Below, in pieces: positions 25,766 to 37,200 of a DNA stretch of 64,000 nucleotides (within the stretch, counting starts at the first letter, position 1; each line of letters starts with the position of its first letter). Origin of the DNA: Botryllus schlosseri (Eukaryota); NCBI GenBank assembly GCA_051294905.1, contig CM119372.1, positions 21,392,001-21,456,000 of the forward strand, written 5' to 3'. The notes beneath the pieces are model-generated. The model did no database searches. It worked only from the letters and a program-made list of their open reading frames with translations, and was not told the DNA's origin. The translations under genes were made by a program, and so were the position numbers.

Positions 25766-28700
25766 TGAAAACTGACAACCACACCGGCCAATTTGATATT
25801 TTTGTATATTGTTACAACGGACAGCGACAAAATATACACCAACAACGACTCCGATACATTTGTGTAATCGCATACTCACTTGCTCTGGCGCATCCCATCA
25901 AAATCGACGGTTAGCCACACACACACACACACACAAACACAATAACAATGCGCTATTTCGATATGACTGCGATGTCCGGGTTCGTGCTTTAGATTTTCCA
26001 GAACCAATCCGTCTAAAGTTGTAATCCCCCACCTTTGTTAACTGGTTGATACACGGATAACAATCTTCGGAAAATGTAGGAACGCATACTACCCATCGTG
26101 CTAACGATTCCGGGTTACTTGTGATTAATTTCCTTGCTCACCCTATACAGATTATACGTACAGCGATATGTAGCGGTAATCGGTTTGGTCAATACACATT
26201 GCCCCATTCAGTATGGAATTACAAACCCAATACAGGTCACTTCATAACCGGATCCGGATATTCAATGCAAAGCGATAAAGCAGAACCAATGACCAAATGT
26301 AATTAAACATGTAGATTTACAACCCTTGATTTTTTTTTCGTGAAAAATGACAATACATATCGAATATATATTTTACGATGGTTCAACCCTACCAAGTATT
26401 CACGTAAATGTGGTTTATGACATTACATACAATGTATCAGTGTATCAATGTTGGGTGTTTATGCACACATCGGTATGACCCATAGACAACATCATCATAC
26501 CCTCCAGGACTTCGTTATTGCATCGTGAGGTCAATAAAATCAATCGGTGGTATAGACGACAGAAGGCTTGGAGATCCAATGTAAAATTGAGACAAACAAA
26601 CGGATATATTTGTCCATCTTGGTTATTCACTCAACTACCATTGGTGCTCTCGATACAGCGAACGGTACAGTATGCAACGCATATCATTAGAGTGATATAT
26701 CCACAGGTAAATATGGGACCTGCCCACAATAATTGTATCGAGATTTAACCCAGATTACTATCCGTTCACTGATTCACTCGATGGTTTTAGCAACTTGTAA
26801 CAACACAAGATAGATACGACTGGAATTACTAATATTCATAATGTTTATGATAAGTGTCGTTACCGATCGTTCACTAAGTCGATATGAATATTCGAAAAAT
26901 CGGATATCACTACTCTCAACACCAGTGATTCGGTTTAAGTTTAAAATCGATTTGATAATGTAATCCAAGGTGTGTTTCTGTGGGATCTGCTAACCTTTAC
27001 GAGAGACTGCTGTCTCTTCGATACAGGAAACAATTATTATCAACCACACCTTGCGTGCATCGATTTGTCGGCGTCGTACAATTATTGTGGGCAGGCCCCA
27101 TATTTACCTGTGGATATATCACTCTAATGATATGCATTGCATACTGTACCGTTCGCTGTATCGAGAGCACCAATGGTAGTTGAGTGAATAACCAAGATGG
27201 ACAAATATATCCGTTTGTTTGTCTCAATTTTACATTGGATCTCCAAGCCTTCTGTCGTCTATACCACCGATTGATTTTATTGACCTCACGATGCAATAAC
27301 GAAGTCCTGGAGGGTATGATGATGTTGTCTATGGGTCATACCGATGTGTGCATAAACACTTAACATTGATACACTGATACATTGTATGTAATGTCATAAA
27401 CCACATTTACGTGAATACTTGGTAGGGTTGAACCATCGTAAAATATATATTCGATATGTATTGTCATTTTTCACGAAAAAAAAATCAAGGGTTGTAAATC
27501 TACATGTTTAATTACATTTGGTCATTGGTTCTGCTTTATCGCTTTGCATTGAATATCCGGATCCGGTTATGAAGTGACCTGTATTGGGTTTGTAATTCCA
27601 TACTGAATGGGGCAATGTGTATTGACCAAACCGATTACCGCTACATATCGCTGTACGTATAATCTGTATAGGGTGAGCAAGGAAATTAATCACAAGTAAC
27701 CCGGAATCGTTAGCACGATGGGTAGTATGCGTTCCTACATTTTCCGAAGATTGTTATCCGTGTATCAACCAGTTAACAAAGGTGGGGGATTACAACTTTA
27801 GACGGATTGGTTCTGGAAAATCTAAAGCACGAACCCGGACATCGCAGTCATATCGAAATAGCGCATTGTTATTGTGTTTGTGTGTGTGTGTGTGTGTGGC
27901 TAACCGTCGATTTTGATGGGATGCGCCAGAGCAAGTGAGTATGCGATTACACAAATGTATCGGAGTCGTTGTTGGTGTATATTTTGTCGCTGTCCGTTGT
28001 AACAATATACAAAAATATCAAATTGGCCGGTGTGGTTGTCAGTTTTCAAAACGAAAATGGTATTGTTACCCAGGGAAAAAATGTATTTCCAAGTGAAAAC
28101 GGTGTTGGTACTCAGTTAAATGATAGTTTCCAGACGAAAAGGGTTTGTTACCCGGGAGAAAATGTATTTCCAAGTGAAAACGGTGTTGGTACTCAGTTAA
28201 ATGATAGTTTCCAGACGAAAAGGGTTTGTTACCCAGAAGAAAATGATTAGTTACTCTAGGTAAAAGTATTTTTCCAAGTGAAAATGTATTGTTACACTGG
28301 GTAAACGCCGGATCTCCAAAGGCAAATGATATTTTTACTCGGGTAAACGACGGACCACCAAGTGAAAATGGTTTGTTGCTCAGGGAAAAAGGTTTGTTAT
28401 CCGGGGAAAAAATATATTTCCAAGTGAAAAAGGTTTGTTACCCAGAGAAAAAATATATTTCCAAGTGAAAAAGGTTTGTTAACCAGAGAAAAAATATATT
28501 TCCAAGTGAAAAAGGTTTGTTGACCAGAGAAAAAATATATTTCCAAGTGAAAAAGGTTTGTTACCCAGAGAAAAAATATATTTCCAAGTGAAAAAAGGTT
28601 TGTTAGCCGAGGAAAAAAAATATTTACAAGTGAAAATGGTTTCTTACTCTGGGTAAACGTCAGATCTCCAAAGGAAAATAATATGTTTAGTCAGGTAAAC

Positions 28701-31700
28701 GATGGACTGGCAAGTGAAAGTGGTAATTTTACATAGGTAAACGTCGTGGGTTCAGTGTCGTTGGTCTTGTTAAACGTTATCGCTTGACGTTGGTATACTA
28801 TTACGAGTGTGAAAAGGCTATGCACGTCTTGTGCGGAGTATCGCGACAGTGAACATATTTTTGGTGTGACGATACAAGATCGTTGTTTACATGTTAATGC
28901 ATTTCGATTACCGAGTAGCTGTACAACAGAGAGTAGTCTACAGTTAGTTCGTGCTGTATGTCCCGACGAAAACCACAAGACCACATGTAAATCTATTAGC
29001 ACAACTCGATGATGTTGATATAGTGTTACTTGAATTAATTATTACCTATTTACACAACATAAAAATAAAAATTCATGTCGTAGTAAGTAAGTTTCTTGAA
29101 CTCGTGCTTGATGAAAACGAATGGTGACAAGTATGCTTTTGTGTTTGGGTGAAAAATAATTATTTGGAGTAGTGACAGTTTGGGACCAACGAATGCAAAT
29201 CGATCATGATATTACAATATATGCTTTTGTCAACATAACGACTTGGCGCAGGAGAAACACTTTAACGTTTTTCAATAACCAGAATCTTGAAACATGTTGC
29301 TTGTGTGATTTACAGCTGGTGCACAAAGGTTAGCGACGTTTTTTAATATAGTTCCACCCTCTAGTTGTTTTGATGTGAGGCTCGGCGCTTCTCGTTAGCA
29401 AAGTAAATTGTTTTGTGCGTTAGATTTGTGGTAAGTAAGTCGAATACATACTCTTTTGTGGAAGTAACTGTATTACTGTGATATCATTGGTAGGTCTCTG
29501 AAGCAGTCACTGTGGTTTTAATTTTGAAAGATGTCGCGATGTCGGTATAATGTTTTCTAAAAGTCAAACTCGGACGGATATCATGGCTATGTAGGACTTA
29601 CGATAAACATTATACTTATACAACTTTGTTACAAGAACTATGATATTTCTGTAAGTACTATAGTTGTGTGTTGGATTATTTGAATATTTAGATACGTAAC
29701 CATGCGTATGAAAAAGTTCTTGTGACATCAGAACAGTTTGTAGAGTCAAACAAACCATTCAGTTTCGTAGTGTGAGGATATTGAGTAAAGTCGATTACTT
29801 TGTGTGATGTAAATATCCTTCGTACTTTTGTAAGAGTTGTGAGGATGATCATTCGTATATTACGAAGTAACTAGTTGATACTACAAAATATTGAATGCTC
29901 GCTAACACACTGAGTTCATAACCCAAGATAGTGAAAATTGTGTACTCTTAGACTAGCATAATTCGTATCCAACAAAACGATAGGCACCAAAGGTTCGATG
30001 GAGTTTAAATCTAGATTGTATTAAGCAAAGTGATGAGTATCTCCAGTAATAAAATCGAAATGGCCAAAACAAATTTTCTGTGTCTCGGTTGTTGTAAATA
30101 ACTATTTGGTATGATATTACTTGAGTGTGTGACAATTCGTATCCGTCGAGGTTGAATGTTTAACCATATCGAAATGAATCCAGATCACATGAAGTATACA
30201 TTAATCACAATAGAATCGACGAGAATGTTAACCACGTAGAGTGTGTTTGATTGCCTACTTTTTATCAATGTCTTTGTGATGTTAAAAGACGGCTGAGTTT
30301 TCATTTACATTAAGCGGGGAAACTCAAGTAATAAATTTTACTCGTTTGAAAATATCGATCAATGGAGTAACAGTATCAATATGAGTGGTATATTATTTTT
30401 TCGCGATATGCAACCAATCTTTTAAGCATAACTTGTCAAAAATTTATCATGTCATAGTCGGTTGTTACGAATTCGGAAGAAATGTACTTCGATTATCACG
30501 ATGATGGAAATTAAGATCAATGCAGTATTTCGGAGATGGATGTGTATCGTCTGGTATGTTTCCCAATCACTAAATGTCGGTTAGTTAAACGATACATTTA
30601 CAAGTTTACCGAAATCTTGATTTACAAATAACAGCTTGATGATGTAAAGCTCAACCACGCAAATGTGTTCAATGCAAAGTATTTGACACAAACAAAATAT
30701 CGAATGGAGACCATCACATTGGTTTCATTTCGAGTGAGTGAAAATTGTTTTCTGTTGGCCAGGTAGGACACATTTGACAAACATCGTGCACATTGTATCT
30801 TCGTGATGGTAACGACTTTCAGCGGCTTGGTTTCATGTCGGGAATTATTATTTGAGGGTTCAAGAACAATTTCAATCAATACTACAAATGAACAACAATG
30901 CAAAACACGTTTAGCAAATAACAGTGTAGCAAGTACTTTTTTGATATTACGAGTGTTGGGCACTAGACACTTCTAACTGAATTGGATGCATCTAACAAAC
31001 ATATCACAATTTACTTTTGTAATGATCAAAGTATGTGAAATGGTTCGAACGGATTAGGTATTATTCAAGCGGCGATATGTCAATTCACCTAGTGTGATAT
31101 CTTGACGCCGGATAATGTGCGAAAGTGTTTCAATTCTCACTGCTGATTACGATGATAAAGTATTGTACCGGTTATTGTTTAACAAAGGAAATTGTTGTTT
31201 CATCTTTAGTCTTGGTTAGTGATATCTGCGATACGCAGGGTGATATGTACCAAGGTGGAATAATTTTCCATTCAAGAACATTTCAGACACGCATAGTTTT
31301 ACAACTCAATATGTTAAGAACAACGGTACTGAAAAGTTTGTTGCTGTCCTAATAACCTTTACCACAACGCCGGGTCTAATTAACGCGAATAATTTAATAA
31401 TCAAGTCATGATAGACCATTACAAAATCTCATATGTTAAATCGATGTGACAATCCTTATGTTTACATCACGATAATTTTCGATATAACACCTGCGTTCGA
31501 TTGTAAGAAACTACGATGGTCATACTTTCAAATGTCGTATACTCAAATATATTATGTTAACCTCAAGTCGCCGACACCGAGAACTAATTACTTTTGTCTT
31601 ACAAAATATACCGCATAGTAATTTCTTAGTCTTGCGGTATAGTAACGACTTTTACAGTTGAACAAAAAAGACGAGTTGGTGGTATATACCTAAAACCGAA

Positions 31701-33928
31701 CTTGATATGTTTGTGGGTTGTAGTGATTACTTGCGTAGTCTTGTCTACTTTTCGTGTGGACACTTTTTGCTTTGGTTCGGTGAGTTACAAACGGATTGAC
31801 TTGACAAGGTTTTTTGTATTTTACTCTTTTGTTGGTGGCAAGATGTTAAAATGTTGAGATGTCATAGTGATAATATTTCTGAAACTCTCTTTGACAAACG
31901 TAAAGACAGGTCGCGAATAGAGTTGTAATGTTTCATTACTTGTTTCAAATCAATGTGCGTATAATCTCGAAATGTGACTGGGTGAAAGTTGGTAGTCATG
32001 TTTGTCAAACATATTTCAATTCACACAATGTCAAAGTCCAAATATTTCATTCTGGATTATTTGGATTTACCTTTAGTACATCCCACGAATGGATTCCGAC
32101 GCCGCGCTATAACATTTTTGATGATAAGGACTCGAGGATTTTCATGATAGAGTTGACGAGTGATAAGATGCGTGTTTTTGTTAAGAGTTTGATTTCGTGT
32201 TGATAAAGACAATAACTGTATAATGCACATACTTGTGATTCTTGATTCTTGTAGAGTTATAGTTGTGAAAACAGCGGCGCTGGTGTGCGAATAATTCAAT
32301 GTGGCTGAAAGTCGGTGTCAGTAATATTCGAGTTACGGTCGAATCAAAAGATCACGAAAAGATTTCTCGAAATAATTAGAATTGTACCGAATTAACACAT
32401 TCAGATACGAATCAACTTGAGCTGTGTAGTAAGTTTCATTTCGAGTTGGCAAATTGATACATTGATTGAATATTCTCATAATTCTTATCGCGCAACTAAA
32501 GTCAGCCACTGTTCGAAGTGTCAAAACATATAGCGACCACCAGAAAGTGTCAAATTGTTGGTTTACGAATCACCGTCTGCGCCGGCTCTGTGACAAACTT
32601 ATTGCGGAAATATTACCTTGTGAGCGATCGGTATGTCTTTAACACCAAGTCACTAAAAATGGTTATGTTCGAGACATTATCTTGTTAGTGATCGCGGGAT
32701 TTGCAATCTATTTTACACTTTTTGAAGTGTCAATTTACGAGCGCGGTTATTTGTTGCTCGCTTTTCGTGACGCTGCTGAATACTGAATACTGCCGAACGT
32801 AATAGCACCGACTGGATTAGTGGAATAATCGATACGATAGTGCGCGCTCCGAATTTCCAAAACGGACGTATTTAGTGGGTCACACAGGTCCAAAATACAA
32901 CCGCCAACGTCTGGTTTTCAAAATCGCACAATGCACTGCGGATTAGTGAATTTCCTGTTTAGTGATGCCTATACCCGAAAGTACGACGTGCGAGAGATGT
33001 CTATACCGAAAGGGCGATTCACGGCGGCACCCATAAGAACACATGGCGAGTCTGCGATGTGCGAGAGATGCCTATACCTGAAAGTGCGACATGCGAGCGC
33101 ACCCATAAGAAACAACGGCGATCACCTATAGCAAAAAAGGCGAGTCACGACCGCGAGTTTTCACGATATACACATTAACAAAGATTCATTCACGTGACTA
33201 TTTACTTGATACATATTCAACACCGGTCGAGAGATGCATATACCCGAAAGTATGAATTACCACCGCGACACCGGTTGAGCGATTCATATACCGAAAAGGG
33301 TTACCGGTCGAGAGATGGCTATACTAGCACCGGTTGAGCGATTCATATACCGAAAAGGGTTACCGGTCGCGAGATGCCTGAAAGTACGAATCATCGCCGC
33401 ATCCATAAGAATAACGATATATCAATGTCGTACTCGCCGTAATTTGGAATATACACGTTACCTAAGGACCAATCACATGACTATTTACTTGATACATATT
33501 CAACACGAAGTACGACATGCTAACAACGAAGCCGCGTGCGAGCTATCCCTATACTGAAAAGGGTTACCGTTCGACCACAAGACACAATAGCCGCTCACGA
33601 CCCCCGCCATAAGACATAAAAGCCGCTCACCACCCCCGGTTTTCTAGCCGCTCACGACCCCCACCATAAGAAATAAGAGCCGCTCACCACCCCCCGCCAT
33701 AAGACGCAATAGCCGCTCACCACCCCCGCCATAAGAAATAAGAGCCGCTCACCACCCCCGGTTTCCCAGCCGCTCACCACCCCGCCCATAAGAACCCCTG
33801 CCACCGGTTGACCGATCTATATAACTACTCGCGAGTCTGCGCAAACATGCCAACTCACTGCGCAGGCCCTTGGACAACAGTGCGCAACCAGGCCCCCCAT
33901 ATTGTGATAAGCAAAACCCCAGACCCCC

Positions 33929-34188
33929 TGTTGTATGTTTGGTGTCTAATTGGTGCCGACTTCAGTTTTGTTGTGATTACCTTTCTGTGTTAAAGATCAT
34001 TCGTCGTAATGTACTGGCGTGGACTGTAATGATTGCAGACTGTCTGCCTGTTTCGCGTACTGAGAACCGTTCTTCATTTATGTTGCTGTTGTCTTAACTG
34101 TTGGTATTGCGAGTATCGTAGTCAAGGTATTAGTTCATTTAAGCCGAAGTAATAAACTGCTTACGAATATTGTTTCGTGCTCACAACA
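33929..34188 (+). repeat. 5' LTR of Gypsy element 1
   Basis: TGTTGTATG...CTCACAACA, with AATAAA at 34151-34156. Direct repeat of 37847-38106. Confidence 0.95.
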
Positions 34189-34218
34189 ATTAAATTAACT
34201 AAAGTTCTTGACGATACA

Positions 34219-37200
34219 ATGTCTGAAGCACTGAAGCCGTTGAAACCGAAGGTATTGGAAATTGAACCCAATAGCCCGGCGTCAGAGAAAGAGTGGAAGC
34301 ATTGGCGAAGAATTTTCGAGAATTATCTTGCGGCCTTCGAGACAGGAAGTGCCAGAATAGAAAAACTCAAGATTCTTACAAACTTCTTATCGTATGTCCT
34401 TTTCGAGTATATCGATGAAGCTGAGACATATGAAACCGCAATTGCAACGTTAGACAACCTATTTGTCAAAGCACCTAACGAGGTGTTTGCACGTCATGTG
34501 CTGGCGACAACGAAACAAAAGCACGGACAAAGCTTGGATGAATATTTGCAAGAACTACGCAGATTGAGCAAGGATTGTAACTTTCTTGCAGTCTCCAAAA
34601 CTGAACACCGAGACGGATTTATTCGAGACTCCTTCATCAACGGCATTCTTTCGCATGCCATACGGCAGCGGTTGTTGGAGGAAACCGAATTGACAATTGA
34701 CAGTGCCTTTAGGAAGGCCCGAACCTTGGACATTGCACAAACGAATTCGTCCTCGTACATGTCTTCTGGCGGTGCCGAGATTCCAATAGCAACCGTCCAA
34801 TCTGAAGCAGCATCCGACAAAGAACGTGAAAACGCTGCAGCAGCTGTGCATCGTGGCGAGTGGAAATGTTATTTTTGTGGTGACAAAATTCAACATGCCC
34901 GTAAAAATTGTCCAGCACGCTCATCCACCTGTTACAAATGTGGGATGACGGGGCACTACTCGAAAGTTTGCAAAAGTGTAGCGGATGCATCCACTCGAAA
35001 AACACCATCCACGAAACATAGTTCGTCCTCGTCCTGCGCTATACAAGAAGCACCAAGATGTTTGCGTTACGCAATCATAGATACATTCCTAAAAGACGAG
35101 CGAATGTCAACGTTGGTGGATCCTGGAAGTGGCTTAAGCTACATCAATCCAAGGACAGTTGAAGCGATGAAATTGAAGGTGTTGCCCTATACAGATTGCG
35201 TAACGATGGCGGCAAAGTCTCTGAAAGAATCCATCTCTGGTCAATGCATCGTAGAGTTGGTGTTGAACGGGAAGGTTTACAGAAATGTCACGCTAGGCGT
35301 CATGAAACATCTCTGTTGCGATATAATACTTGGTCAAGACTTTCAGAAACGACATAAACGCGTGGTGTTCACGTATAATGGCAAAGACCCGGAACTCGTT
35401 ATATCATCTCAGGACCGTAGAACCTGTGCTGTTCTAGCATCTAACACGAAATGTCCACAACTCTTCAAGTCCGTTACGTCAGATTTCAAGCCAGTGTGCG
35501 TGCCATCAAGGCGTTATAGCGCTGCAGATACAGCCTTCATCGAATCTGAAGTTGACAAGCTGTCGAAAGACGGAATTATAAGACCAAGTAGTTCACCATG
35601 GCGCGCTCAGCCATTGGTCGTAACCAATCAAGAATCCGGTAAAAAGCGAATGTGCATAGATTATTCGCAAACTGTGAACCGCTTTACGGTACTCGATGCC
35701 TACCCTTTGCCTCGCATAGAATACATCGTACAAAAACTGGCAAAATACAAAGTATTTTCAACTTTTGATTTGAAGAGCGCGTATCACCAATTGGAGCTAC
35801 GAGAGTCCGATAAAGCGCCTACCGCTTTTGAAGCCGTCGGTCGATTGTGGGAGTTCAATCGGTTGCCGTTCGGGGTCACGAACGGTGTACCCGCATTTCA
35901 ACGAACTATGGACGCGATTGTCGATTCGGACAAACTGGCAGATACGTTTCCATACCTTGATAATGTCACTGTCGGAGGCCAGTCACAGTCGGAACACGAT
36001 AAAAGTGTTGAGCGCTTGCTGAATGCGTTGAGTGCAAGAAACATGATTCTCAACCACAATAAGACCATTTCATCGGTCGCAGAGGTGGATATATTAGGAT
36101 ACCGTGTTGGTCGTGGTGTCATAAAACCTGATCCGGAGCGATTGAAACCATTGCGTGAATTGCCTCCACCTACAAACAAGAAAGCTCTGAAGAGGGCGTT
36201 GGGATTATTTGCCTATTACGCAAAGTGGATACCGGCGTTCTCAGACAAAATTGCAAGTTTGATCAACTGTGTCGATTTTCCAATCAACGCGAAGTGCTTG
36301 AATGATTTCAATGCATTGAAAAAGGGCGTGGAGGACGCCGCTTTACAAGCGATCGATGACGACGAGCCCTTTGTGGTGGAGTGTAATGCCTCCGATGTCG
36401 CAGTGTCGGCGACGTTGAATCAGGGTGGCCGACCTATTGCTTTCATGTCCCGCACGCTCAACAATAGCGAAAAGCACTACCCTGCCGTCGAGAAAGAGGC
36501 GACTGCTATTATCGAAGCAGTGAGGAAATGGCAGCACTTTTTGGCAGGACGAAGATTTACATTGATCACGGATCAGGAAGCTGTTTCGTTCATGTTCGAT
36601 ATGCGAAAGCGGTCGAAAATCAAGAACAATAAGATTCAGTGTTGGCGCCTAGAGTTGGCGCAGTTCACGTACGATATTCGATATCGGCCAGGAGAATTGA
36701 ATTGTGCACCCGACGCCCTGACCCGAGCCCATTGTTCGTCCATTTCGACGTGTAATCTCGAAGAACTGCATCGAGAGCTATGTCACCCGGGAGTAACCCG
36801 GCTTCTTCATGTTGTTCGTTCGCAGAACTTGCCCTACTCAACTTCCGATGTGAAAAGAGTATGCTCGACATGTCAAGTGTGTGCTGAAATCAAGCCTCGG
36901 TTTTATCGCCGAGAACAGGGAGTCCTGATCAAGTCTACAAAACCGTTCGAGCGTTCAAACATGGATTTCAAAGGCCCCTTGCCATCGAACACTGGTAACA
37001 GATATATACTAGTAGTGGTTGACGAGTTTTCACGCTTTCCATTTTGCTTCGCTTGTCCAAATATGTGGTCATCCACTGTTATCAAATGTCTAGATGAGCT
37101 ATTTGCTCTTTGTGGTACGCCTAATTACATTCATTCAGATCGTGGTAGTTCGTTCATGTCTCGCGAAATCAAAGATTACCTGCTCTGTAAGGGCGTTGCA

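Larger units (their letters stand above)
19985..33829. mobile_element. Giant palindromic, non-autonomous Polinton/Maverick-like element
   Basis: Starts AGTAGTAGTATAGATCGG and ends CCGATCTATATAACTACT, with an exact 6-bp TSD CGCGAG (19979-19984, 33830-33835) and GC-rich subterminal repeats. Arms 19985-26737 and 27077-33829 are reverse complements (mirror coordinates sum to 53814; mirrored ORF translations from 20257 to 26306 are identical). The structure is certain. The Polinton assignment rests on the termini and TSD only. Confidence 0.75.

Noticed and set aside
20257..33557. Short ORFs (60-113 aa) in the palindrome arms as real genes, or as Polinton pPolB, integrase or capsid genes
   Set aside because: No recognisable motifs. 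Lengths are compatible with chance or decayed coding sequence.
19985..33829. Palindrome as a pure fold-back read or assembly artefact
   Set aside because: An artefact would mirror the flanks too. Here the symmetry stops exactly at element-like termini, there is a direct 6-bp TSD, the host element resumes, and the arms differ at a few sites. Not formally excluded without reads.
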